Assembly: GCA_964634945.1 (NCBI GenBank)
Contig: CAZWMG010000004.1
Span: forward strand, 52,528 to 116,527
DNA length: 64,000 nt
Direction: 5' to 3'
DNA from: an uncultured Planctomycetia bacterium
GTDB taxonomy: Bacteria > Omnitrophota > Gorgyraeia > JABMRG01
Shown here: in pieces, positions 21,679 through 30,727 of the stretch
Numbering within the stretch: the first letter of the stretch is position 1
How the letters are laid out: each line of letters opens with the position of its first letter
The notes under the pieces: model-generated
Seen by the model: only the letters and a program-made list of their open reading frames with translations
Told to the model about the DNA's origin: nothing
Databases searched by the model: none
Translations under genes and position numbers: made by a program

Positions 21679-23385
21679 TTGGATTTAGAGACATTAAGAC
21701 ATAGTACAGCGCATGTAATGGCGCAGGCGGTGAAGAGTCTGTGGCCTGATGTAAAAATAGCTATCGGCCCAGCTATATCAGATGGTTTTTATTATGATTT
21801 TGACAAAACAGAGCCTTTTTTGCCGGAAGACCTTGTTAAGATAGAGAAGAAGATGGCTGATATCATCGGCAAGAATCAAAAATTTGAGCGAAAGGCTATC
21901 GCCAAAGGCGAAGCGCTTAAATTGTTTAAAAAAGAGCCGTACAAGCTTGAACTTATAAAAGAGTTGCCCGATGAAGAATTGATAATTTACACAAACGGTG
22001 ATTTTGTTGACCTTTGTAAAGGACCACATTTACCCGCGACAGGAGAGATAAAGGCCTTTAAACTACTAAGTATTGCCGGTGCTTATTGGCGTGGCAACGA
22101 AAACAACCCTATGCTACAGCGCATCTATGGTACAGCGTTTGCTTCCAGAAAAGACCTAGCTAAATATCTACAGATGCTGGAAGAAGCGAAGAAGAGGGAT
22201 CACAGAAAACTTGGACGTGAGCTGGAGCTTTACATAACTGACGATACAGCAGGCGCGGGATTGATAATATATCAACCAAAAGGAGCGCTGTTGCGGACCG
22301 TTATCGAAGATTGGGAAAAAGCGGAACATCTGAACAGGGGCTACGATCTTATTATAAGTCCGCATATATTGAAATCAGATATTTGGGTACGTTCAGGGCA
22401 CTATGAATTTTATAAAGAGAACATGTATATCTTTGATGTCGAGGGCGCGGAGTATGCGGTAAAGCCTATGAACTGCCCGGCGCACATGCTTGTTTATAAA
22501 ACAAAAACAAGAAGCTACAGGGACCTGCCAATAAGATTTTTTGAATTAGGCAGTGTTTACAGACACGAAAAAAGCGGCGTATTACATGGGTTGCTTAGAG
22601 TGCGCGGCTTTACTCAGGATGACGCGCATATATTTTGTTTGCCTGAGCAATTAAAGCATGAGATAGAATCGGTCATAGATTTTGTCATAGACGCGATGGT
22701 TGTCTTCGGGTTTGAGGACTATATGGTAGAAATAAGCACAAGGCCGGAAAAGTCGATAGGAACGGACAAGGATTGGGAACATGCTACTTTGGCACTTGAA
22801 GAATCCTTGAAATCCAAGAACATAAAATATGAGATTAACGAAGGTGACGGCGCTTTTTACGGACCCAAGATAGATATCAAGCTTAAGGACGCGCTCGGCC
22901 GCTTTTGGCAGTGCGCTACCATACAATGTGATTTTGCTTTGCCAGAACGCTTTGAGTTGGAATACGCGGCACAAGATGGCAGCACAAAGCGCCCCGTAAT
23001 GATTCACAGGGTCTTACTAGGCAGCATGGAGCGTTTTATAGGCGCTCTAATTGAACATTACGCGGGGGCATTACCTTTATGGCTTGCGCCGGAGCAGATA
23101 CGCATAGCCCAGATCACAGATAATCAATTTAAATATGCTGAGGCTATATTCGACGCTCTTAAGAATGCCGGTTTTAGAGTTAAACTGGATGCGCGCAATG
23201 AGACCATAGGATACAAAATACGAGAGGCGCGTACGCAAAAGATACCTTATATGATTATTCTTGGGCAGAAGGAAGAGGCGTCAGGCAAGGTCGCTGTAAG
23301 AAGCAGAGAAAAGGGCGATGAAGGAGAGGCGCTGTTGAGCGATTTTGTCGAGAGGCTATCGCATCAGGTACGGAATAAGGTATAG
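21679..23385 (+). CDS. thrS: Threonyl-tRNA synthetase lacking the N-terminal TGS domain. Probable TTG start 5 nt after an AGGAGA RBS; the track's ATG is at 21634.
   Basis: Begins at the N2/editing-domain motif RHSTAHVMAQAV, which aligns with E. coli ThrRS at about residue 70. Class II catalytic core present. Confidence 0.88.
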   Translation: MDLETLRHSTAHVMAQAVKSLWPDVKIAIGPAISDGFYYDFDKTEPFLPEDLVKIEKKMADIIGKNQKFERKAIAKGEALKLFKKEPYKLELIKELPDEELIIYTNGDFVDLCKGPHLPATGEIKAFKLLSIAGAYWRGNENNPMLQRIYGTAFASRKDLAKYLQMLEEAKKRDHRKLGRELELYITDDTAGAGLIIYQPKGALLRTVIEDWEKAEHLNRGYDLIISPHILKSDIWVRSGHYEFYKENMYIFDVEGAEYAVKPMNCPAHMLVYKTKTRSYRDLPIRFFELGSVYRHEKSGVLHGLLRVRGFTQDDAHIFCLPEQLKHEIESVIDFVIDAMVVFGFEDYMVEISTRPEKSIGTDKDWEHATLALEESLKSKNIKYEINEGDGAFYGPKIDIKLKDALGRFWQCATIQCDFALPERFELEYAAQDGSTKRPVMIHRVLLGSMERFIGALIEHYAGALPLWLAPEQIRIAQITDNQFKYAEAIFDALKNAGFRVKLDARNETIGYKIREARTQKIPYMIILGQKEEASGKVAVRSREKGDEGEALLSDFVERLSHQVRNKV

Positions 23386-23493
23386 CACGGTAGGCGCTTA
23401 TTAGCGGTGAGCCACTATAGGCTCACTATAGCATGTGACAGCAGCCGCTTAAACTAAAACGAAGAAGTGGCTTGTGTACGAAAGGAGGAGGTT

Positions 23494-24003
23494 ATTATAG
23501 AAAAGCGTTTAAGAGTTAATGAGCAGATCAGAATAAGTGAGATCCGGGTTGTGGGCCCTGCGGGAGAGCAGCTTGATGTGATGAGCCCCCAGGACGCATT
23601 GATAAAAGCTCGAGAAGCAGGACTGGATCTTGTAGAGGTAGCGCCAACATCCAGGCCGCCGGTCTGTAGAATCATGGATTACAGTAAATATAAGTACGAC
23701 CAGGACAAGAAAAAGAAAGAGGCAAGAAAGCGCCAGCATACCGTGAAGCTAAAAGAGATACGGTATAAGACCAGGATAGAAGAGCACGACTACCAGACAA
23801 AGCTCGCCCATATAAAGGACTTCATGACAAAGGGGAGCAAGGTCAAGATTAGCTTACGTTTTCGCGGCAGAGAGCTAGCGCATCAAGAGATAGGAGGCGC
23901 TTTATTGGATAGAATAATAAATGATATATCCAGCATAGGGGAGCCAGAAAAGCGTCCGTCTCGAGAAGGCCGCTTTTTGAACATGGTCTTAGTGCCAAAA
24001 TAA
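23494..24003 (+). CDS. infC: Translation initiation factor IF-3, probably starting at a non-canonical ATT/ATA codon
   Basis: RBS AAGGAGG at 23482-23488, then in-frame ATT (23494) and ATA (23497). The protein continues IIEKRLRVNEQIRISEIRVVGPAGEQLDV, which is IF3-like. Confidence 0.85.
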   Translation: MIEKRLRVNEQIRISEIRVVGPAGEQLDVMSPQDALIKAREAGLDLVEVAPTSRPPVCRIMDYSKYKYDQDKKKKEARKRQHTVKLKEIRYKTRIEEHDYQTKLAHIKDFMTKGSKVKISLRFRGRELAHQEIGGALLDRIINDISSIGEPEKRPSREGRFLNMVLVPK

Positions 24004-24137
24004 GATAAGCCCTCGCTTGTTTAAAGAGATATCGCAGGCATAAGGCCGGGCTTTTATATAGATTCCTCATTACGAATACAGCAAGTACCGCTGTTAGAGG
24101 GCAGTATAGTATTGTATATTTACGAAAGGTAAAGATT

Positions 24138-24329
24138 ATGCCAAAACTCAAGACAAGAAAAGCAGTAAAAAAACGTGTGACAATTACCAAGACAGGGAAG
24201 GCAAAGGCGAAAAAATCATTTTCCGGGCATCTAATGACATCTAAAAACAGAAAACGAAAGCGCAACTTGAAGCAGAAAGCTGTGCTTACAAAGACCGAGT
24301 CTGCTAAGTTGAGGATAATGATTACTTAG
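24138..24329 (+). CDS. rpmI: 50S ribosomal protein L35
   Basis: MPKLKTRKAVKKRV.., 63 aa. Confidence 0.9.
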   Translation: MPKLKTRKAVKKRVTITKTGKAKAKKSFSGHLMTSKNRKRKRNLKQKAVLTKTESAKLRIMIT

Positions 24330-24348
24330 CAGGAGATATAAGTTGTGG

Positions 24349-24457
24349 GTAATTGCTACCCCCGCTGTTTCGCTTTGCGAAACAAAGCGACAGGGGTTAA
24401 TTCATCCCTCTTCTTGCTTGCGCAAGAAAGCAGAGGGGCTCATTAAGGAGACAAATC
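24349..24457 (+). promoter_or_regulatory. Structured leader: hairpin-1 (ends GGGG), TTAATTC, hairpin-2 (CCCTCTTCTTGC..GCAAGAAAGCAGAGGG), then SD AAGGAG. Duplicated upstream of the COG1900 gene (40145..40230).
   Basis: About 60 nt are nearly identical at the two loci. A third variant lies upstream of trkH. Confidence 0.5.
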
Positions 24458-24802
24458 ATGGCAAGAGTAAAACACAGTGTAGCGTCACTAAAAAAACGAA
24501 AGAGGGTCTTGAAAGCCGCCAAGGGTTATGTGGGCGGGCGCAGTAAGCTTTTTAGGACCGCTAAAGAGACGGTTATGCGGGCAGAGGCATATTCTTACAG
24601 GGACAGAAAAGTTAAGAAACGCACTTTTCGTTCTTTGTGGATTGCTAGAATAAGTGCCGCTTGTAAGGTAAATGGCCAGACATATGCGCGCTTTATCAAC
24701 GGCCTAAAGAAGGCTAAGATAGCCCTTGACAGAAAGATGTTAGCAGAGATAGCGGTTTCGCACAAGACTGCCTTTAAGCGCCTCGCGGAGCTTACAAAAT
24801 AG
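24458..24802 (+). CDS. rplT: 50S ribosomal protein L20
   Basis: MARVKHSVASLKKRKRVLK.., 114 aa. Confidence 0.9.
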   Translation: MARVKHSVASLKKRKRVLKAAKGYVGGRSKLFRTAKETVMRAEAYSYRDRKVKKRTFRSLWIARISAACKVNGQTYARFINGLKKAKIALDRKMLAEIAVSHKTAFKRLAELTK

Positions 24803-24954
24803 TTTGCTAGTAATAGCAGAGGAAGTGGATAGTGGGTACCCCGATACCACAAACTTTGTTTGGGTACGGGGTTAATTCGCGCTTGTGAGTTATGTCGTTA
24901 CTTCGACACTCCATAACTCACGCGCTCATGAAAAAAACAAGCACATAATTCCCT

Positions 24955-26319
24955 ATGAGAAAAATCAGGCTACAGCCTTCACAGGTAATAGTTTTAAGCT
25001 TTTTTTTCGTAATCTTAGCAGGCGCTGCATTGCTTAGCTTGCCGCTGTCTACGGCGGGTAACCAGAGCCCCGGAATCATAAATAGCCTTTTTACGGCAAC
25101 AAGCGCTACCTGTGTTACAGGGCTTACGGTCAAAGACACAGGCAGTTTTTTTTCGCCATTTGGCAGGCTAGTAATACTCTGCCTGGTCCAGGCTGGCGGA
25201 CTTGGAATAATGACTTTTTCAACGATGTTCGCTATCTTGTTAGGCAGAAAACTTTCAATATCGCAAAACATGACTATAAAGAGTGCGCTTGGGCATACAG
25301 AGATAGAGGGCTTAAGGCGGCTCATTTTTTATATTATAGCCTTTACATTCAGCGTTGAGGCGATCGGCGCTATAGTGCTTTATTTTAGATGGGTGGCAAC
25401 AACAGGCTGGTCAAAACTGCTTGTAGCCGAGCGCGCGATATTTCACGCGGTCTCAGCTTTTTGTAATGCGGGTTTTTCACTATTCTCATCGAGCTTATCA
25501 GATTTTGCTTCAGATTGGGTTACAATGACCGTAATCGCCGCGTTGATAGTGATAGGAGGCATGGGGTTTATTGTTTTTCTCGATATCCCAAAGCTAAAAT
25601 TCTGGAGAAAAGACAGGCGCCTGATACTTTCTCGTGTAAGCCTGCAGACCAAGATAGTCGTTTTAGTGACACTGCTCTTGATCATAATAGGCGCTCTGGG
25701 CATATACCTCTTGGAAAACAATTCCGCGCTTTATGGAATGGGGCTTAAGGAAAAGGTAACGTCCTGCGCATTTACTTCTATTACACCAAGAACAGCGGGC
25801 TTTAATATCCTTAATACGGCGACACTAAGGCCAGCCACGCTTTTTCTGCTGATTATATTGATGTTTATAGGCGCGTCTCCCGGTTCAACAGGCGGCGGCA
25901 TCAAGACAGTTACCCTTGGTATTGTTCTTGCCGCGTTATATTCGATGTTTCGAAGCAAGGAAAGGATCAGCCTGTTCGGGCGGACAATACCAAAAGATAC
26001 ATATCGCCGCGCGGCGGTCATAATATTTCTCGCTCTTTGTGTTGTCATATGTTCTACGTTTTTGCTCTCAGCAACAGAGACGGTTGCGGCGCAGAGCAGC
26101 CATTATTTTTTAGGCGTACTGTTTGAATCGACTTCCGCTTTTGGCACAGTAGGCCTGTCAACCGGCATTACCCCCAACCTGACGCCTCTTGGGAAAATAA
26201 TAATTATGCTTACTATGTTTGTGGGCCGTGTAGGCCCGCTTACTCTCGCGCTCGCGTTAGCGATGCGCAGGGAAAAACTATCGTTTAGCTATCCTGAAGA
26301 GGCGCTTATGGTGGGGTAA
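24955..26319 (+). CDS. trkH: TrkH/KtrB-family K+ uptake transporter
   Basis: 454 aa polytopic protein with repeated selectivity-filter-like GxG segments (TGLTV, AGFN, GFNI..). Confidence 0.8.
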   Translation: MRKIRLQPSQVIVLSFFFVILAGAALLSLPLSTAGNQSPGIINSLFTATSATCVTGLTVKDTGSFFSPFGRLVILCLVQAGGLGIMTFSTMFAILLGRKLSISQNMTIKSALGHTEIEGLRRLIFYIIAFTFSVEAIGAIVLYFRWVATTGWSKLLVAERAIFHAVSAFCNAGFSLFSSSLSDFASDWVTMTVIAALIVIGGMGFIVFLDIPKLKFWRKDRRLILSRVSLQTKIVVLVTLLLIIIGALGIYLLENNSALYGMGLKEKVTSCAFTSITPRTAGFNILNTATLRPATLFLLIILMFIGASPGSTGGGIKTVTLGIVLAALYSMFRSKERISLFGRTIPKDTYRRAAVIIFLALCVVICSTFLLSATETVAAQSSHYFLGVLFESTSAFGTVGLSTGITPNLTPLGKIIIMLTMFVGRVGPLTLALALAMRREKLSFSYPEEALMVG

Positions 26320-26543
26320 TTTGGGTATTGGTACAAGGATAAAGGCTAAACACTAAATCCTAATATCGAAATCCTAAACAATATCAAATGACCAAAATGC
26401 AAAATTCAAAACAATACGATTTAGCAGAAGGAACATTTGTTGAGAAGCTAAAGCAATGTTTTGAACACTCGATATTGGAATTTTGAATTTGTTTAGAATT
26501 CAGGATTTAGTGCTTAGGATTTAATATTTAAAAGGGAGATAAA

Positions 26544-27209
26544 ATGAGACAATTTGCCGTAGTTGGGTTAGGAAGATTTGGCTCTAGTGTCGCGGAAACC
26601 CTAAGCAGCAAGGGATGTCAGGTGCTGGCCATTGATACGGATGAGGAGAAGGTTCAGGATCTTTCAGAGGTTGTGGCGCAAGCAGTTTGCGTTGACGCTA
26701 CCGACGGGAAAGCGTTAAAGGCTGTTGGTATAGAACCTGTAGACGTGGCAATAGTAAGTGTCGGAGGCAATATTGAGTCTTCGGTCCTGATTACTCTGGT
26801 GCTCAAGGAGATAGGGATCAAGGAGGTGATCGCGAAAGCGGTCACAAAAGACCACGGAAAGGTGCTGGAAAAAGTAGGAGCGGATAGGGTGGTATTTCCG
26901 GAACGGGACATGGGTATCAGAATAGCTAACGCGCTTACGTCGCCAAAAGTAAGCGAACATATCGATCTTTCCTCAGAGTGCAGCATAATAGAAATAAAGG
27001 CTCCGGAAGAGTTTATGGGCAAGAGCCTAAAACATTTGAATTTGCGTGTCGAGTTTGGCCTGAATATCGTGGCGATTAAAAGCAAAGACGCAAAAGGTGA
27101 GGAAGTGATTAATCCTACGCCGGAGGCAGATTACAAGATTAGGCCGCAGGATAAGCTTATGATAGTAGGGCCAAATCAGAACATTGAAAAACTTAAGAAG
27201 AAAGCATAA
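26544..27209 (+). CDS. trkA: TrkA/KtrA K+ transport regulatory subunit (RCK_N + RCK_C)
   Basis: Rossmann motif VVGLGRFG. 221 aa. Confidence 0.85.
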   Translation: MRQFAVVGLGRFGSSVAETLSSKGCQVLAIDTDEEKVQDLSEVVAQAVCVDATDGKALKAVGIEPVDVAIVSVGGNIESSVLITLVLKEIGIKEVIAKAVTKDHGKVLEKVGADRVVFPERDMGIRIANALTSPKVSEHIDLSSECSIIEIKAPEEFMGKSLKHLNLRVEFGLNIVAIKSKDAKGEEVINPTPEADYKIRPQDKLMIVGPNQNIEKLKKKA

Positions 27210-27215
27210 CCTTCT

Positions 27216-28256
27216 ATGCAGGATCGGTTAAATAATACAGAAACAAAAGCCGCCGGGGAGATAGACAGCGCTCAGACCAAGGATGAGTTAGAACAGGTCA
27301 GGGTGAGATATCTTGGACGCAAGGGTATCGTCGCGCAATTGTTCAAGGAATTGGGCGCAGTCGCGTCAGAGGAGAGGGCCCCCCTCGGGCAGGCCCTTAA
27401 CAGGCTTAAAACTGTGTTGACGCAGGATATTAAACAGCGCGAAGATGAGCTATCGCTTAATGCTGATGTAGCAGATAGCGCGGGCGTTGACATTACTATG
27501 CCGGGCGTTGACCCGGACATAGGCAGGCTCCACCCGGTTACAAAGACATTGAGAGATATATGCAACATCTTTTCTCATATGGGCTTCGCTGTTGTAGAGG
27601 GCCCGGAGATAGAGACAGAGTTTAATAATTTTGAGGCATTAAATATACCCCTAGAGCACCCCTCAAGAGATACTTTTGATACTTTTTATATAGACACAAA
27701 GGATTTTGATACAGATACAGAAAAAAGAAGGCTTCTAAGGAGCCATACTTCACCGGTACAGATAAGGTATATGCAAAATACAAAGCCACCCTTTTCGATA
27801 GTAGCGCCGGGCAAGGTCTTCCGCCCTGATGCTACGGACGCAAGCCATTCTTTTATGTTTTTTCAGGTGGAGGGGTTGGTTGTCGGTAAAGAGATAAATT
27901 TCGCGCACCTGAAATGGACGCTTTATGAATTTGCCAGGCAATGCTTCGGCCCATCCTCAAAGGTCCGGTTTCGCCCGCATTTTTTCCCATTTACAGAACC
28001 TAGCGCAGAGGTCGATATATCATGCATGATATGTAATGGCGAAGGTTGCAGGGTCTGTTCGAATAGCGGGTGGCTTGAGATACTCGGTGCCGGGATGGTG
28101 GACCCGAATGTATTCGACGCGGTGAATATAGACCCGGATCAATATAGCGGCTTCGCTTTTGGCATGGGAGTTGAGAGGACAGCCATGCTTAAGCACGGCA
28201 TTGACGATATACGTTTATTATACGAAAATGATATAAGATTTTTACGACAGTTCTAA
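27216..28256 (+). CDS. pheS: Phenylalanyl-tRNA synthetase alpha subunit
   Basis: Class II motifs FRPHFFPFTEPS, GMGVERTAML. Confidence 0.9.
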   Translation: MQDRLNNTETKAAGEIDSAQTKDELEQVRVRYLGRKGIVAQLFKELGAVASEERAPLGQALNRLKTVLTQDIKQREDELSLNADVADSAGVDITMPGVDPDIGRLHPVTKTLRDICNIFSHMGFAVVEGPEIETEFNNFEALNIPLEHPSRDTFDTFYIDTKDFDTDTEKRRLLRSHTSPVQIRYMQNTKPPFSIVAPGKVFRPDATDASHSFMFFQVEGLVVGKEINFAHLKWTLYEFARQCFGPSSKVRFRPHFFPFTEPSAEVDISCMICNGEGCRVCSNSGWLEILGAGMVDPNVFDAVNIDPDQYSGFAFGMGVERTAMLKHGIDDIRLLYENDIRFLRQF

Positions 28257-28350
28257 TTCTTGTATCGCGTATTGCGTAAAGATACCGCAATACCTGCCTG
28301 CCGGCAGGCAGACGCATAACGCACGACGCAATACTGAACAAAGAAAAATT

Positions 28351-30390
28351 ATGAAAATATCATACGAGTGGCTCAGAGAATATGTAAATACAAAATTGCG
28401 TGCGCAGAACCTTGCCTCTAAACTTACGATGGCGGGACACGAGGTCTCCACTGTTACAAAGCAGGGAAACGATTTTATCTTTGATATGGAGATTACAGCC
28501 AATAGAGCCGATTGTCTTTCACATTTAGGGATAGCGCGGGAGGTGGTCGCGATAACAGGCAAAGAGCCCAAGGTGCCACGCGTAAAGATTAAGAAGGCCT
28601 CGCCATCCGATACATTGTTTAAGGTAGCCATAGAGAATAAAACAGCCTGTCAACGATATACCTGCCGCGTTATTAACAACGTCAAGGTGTCGCCATCTCC
28701 TAAATGGCTTGCCAAGCGGCTAGAATCTGTGGGCCTACGTTCCGTTAATAATATAGTAGATATAACGAATTTTGTACTTTTCGAAACAGGACAGCCCCTG
28801 CACGCGTTCGACGCGGACAAGCTTAAAAGGCAGGAGATCGTAGTTCGTAACGCTAAGATCGGCGAAGTGATTACGACAATAGACGGAGTAGAAAGAAAGT
28901 TAGCCCCAAGCATGCTCGTTATTACAGATGGATTATCACCTGTGGCGATAGCGGGCGTTATGGGCGGCAAGGATACAGAGGTAACAGAACAGACAGAGAA
29001 TATATTGCTGGAGAGCGCGTATTTTGACCCTGTAAGTGTACGGCGCGCGGCTTTTAGCCTGGGGATAAGTACCGATTCAAGCTATCGGTTTGAAAGAGGA
29101 GTGGACTTTGGCGGGATACTGCTCGCATCTGATAGAGCAGCCTCGTTGATATCAGATATAGCAAAAGGACAACCGGGCGGGATAAAAGATGTGGGGATAA
29201 AAAGATGGCCGGTTAGTAAGATTACTTTAAGGCCAACATATTTGAACAAGATATTGGGTACGATACTAAAGCCGGCGGATATAGGTGATATATTATCGCG
29301 CTTAGGCTATGGCGTAAAGATATCAACCGATCTAATCGTGACAGCGCCGACATATCGCAGTGACACTACCAGAGAAGCGGATCTGATAGAAGAGGTAGCG
29401 AGGATATATGGGTATGACAATATAGCTCCTTGCCCACTCAAGGCAGTGGCCACGCATGAGAATTCGCAATCAAAGGATTTTGCCAACAAGCGCGACATAA
29501 CAAAACAGATGCTTGTCGCTTCGGGCTTTAACGAGATAATCACTTATAGCTTAATTAATAGTGACACTGTCAAGGGTACAGCGCTTTTAGAAGAGGGCTT
29601 TGCAAGAATAAAGAACCCTTTGAGCAAGGAACAGGATATCATGCGCCCTTCTCTGCTGCCTGGCATGTTAAAAACAGTAGCTCATAATCTTAGTAGGCAA
29701 GTCTACGACATCAAGCTTTTTGAGCTTTCCAATATCTATTTTCAACAAGAGGCAGATTATAGCGAAGAGCCATCACTTGTGATGGCTCAATATGGCAAGC
29801 CTCAGACAAAGACAGCGCGAGGAGATTATGCCGCAACAGGGCTCTTCCAGATAAAAGGCGTTATATCCGAGCTTACCAAAAGGCTGGGCATAAAAGAACT
29901 CGTTTTTGAAAATACCTCACATCCCGCCTTCAAAAAAGCAGAAGTAGCGGCTATGCTATCGGGCAATACAATGATAGGCACGATAGGCAGCGTCGATGAA
30001 AAGACCTTGCGCGCCTTTAATATTAAAGGGGAACTCTTTATCGCGGAGATCAACTTTAATGTGTTGGTAGAATGCGCACGCGTAGAGAGCTATTACAAGC
30101 CGCTTCCGCGTTTTCCTTATTCCTACAGAGACGTATCGTTTTCCATAGAGCCAACCATATCTTATGGAGAGCTAGCGGACTTTTTCAAAAAAACAGGCGG
30201 TACGCAACTTAAGAAAATAGAACTCTTAAGTGAATATCGAGGCAAGGACATAAACAAGAAGCACAGGGCCCTAGCGATAAGAATGATATTCTCTTCCAAG
30301 GAAAAAACCCTTACAGAAGAGGAGATAGACATAGCGGACACCGCTATCAGGCAGGGGTTAGAGGAAAAATTCAACGCATCTCTACGATAA
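28351..30390 (+). CDS. pheT: Phenylalanyl-tRNA synthetase beta subunit (short form, 679 aa)
   Basis: Begins MKISYEWLREYV. Has B3/B4, B5 and a C-terminal FDX-ACB-like region. Confidence 0.9.
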   Translation: MKISYEWLREYVNTKLRAQNLASKLTMAGHEVSTVTKQGNDFIFDMEITANRADCLSHLGIAREVVAITGKEPKVPRVKIKKASPSDTLFKVAIENKTACQRYTCRVINNVKVSPSPKWLAKRLESVGLRSVNNIVDITNFVLFETGQPLHAFDADKLKRQEIVVRNAKIGEVITTIDGVERKLAPSMLVITDGLSPVAIAGVMGGKDTEVTEQTENILLESAYFDPVSVRRAAFSLGISTDSSYRFERGVDFGGILLASDRAASLISDIAKGQPGGIKDVGIKRWPVSKITLRPTYLNKILGTILKPADIGDILSRLGYGVKISTDLIVTAPTYRSDTTREADLIEEVARIYGYDNIAPCPLKAVATHENSQSKDFANKRDITKQMLVASGFNEIITYSLINSDTVKGTALLEEGFARIKNPLSKEQDIMRPSLLPGMLKTVAHNLSRQVYDIKLFELSNIYFQQEADYSEEPSLVMAQYGKPQTKTARGDYAATGLFQIKGVISELTKRLGIKELVFENTSHPAFKKAEVAAMLSGNTMIGTIGSVDEKTLRAFNIKGELFIAEINFNVLVECARVESYYKPLPRFPYSYRDVSFSIEPTISYGELADFFKKTGGTQLKKIELLSEYRGKDINKKHRALAIRMIFSSKEKTLTEEEIDIADTAIRQGLEEKFNASLR

Positions 30391-30727
30391 TATCTTGATT
30401 TCATACAAAAATATTGATATAGTAAAAGTGTCCCTGCTGTGTGCGTGGCGCTTTGATGCAACTTTGAGCCAACACCTTTATACCGGGAGCCCGACGTAAC
30501 AAGAGATAATGGCATGCTCTTGATAGCAAAGAGAAGCCTGAATGCTTGGACAGGGCACCCACCTAAATATAAGGGTTCAAAGTCCATCAGTTGCCCGGCA
30601 CGTGCGGGGATTGTTTTTCGTATTGCGTCGTGCGCCTGCCTGCCGGTAGGCAGGTATATCGTATCGCGTGACAATATTAACATAAAATATAAACGCAATA
30701 CGAGTCACTAGTAAACAAAATCATGCC

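Noticed and set aside
24343-24546. 67-aa ORF upstream of and overlapping rplT, and the N-terminal extension of ORF 40165
   Set aside because: Their similarity (GLIHPSSCLRKKAEGLIKET versus GLIRPSSCFCKKAEGLIKET) comes from the shared nucleotide leader element. The real genes start at the ATG after the AAGGAG SD (24458 and 40231).
26320-26543. c-di-AMP (ydaO) riboswitch upstream of trkA
   Set aside because: The spacer is AT-rich and lacks the conserved GC-rich ydaO cores. It is only a long imperfect palindrome.
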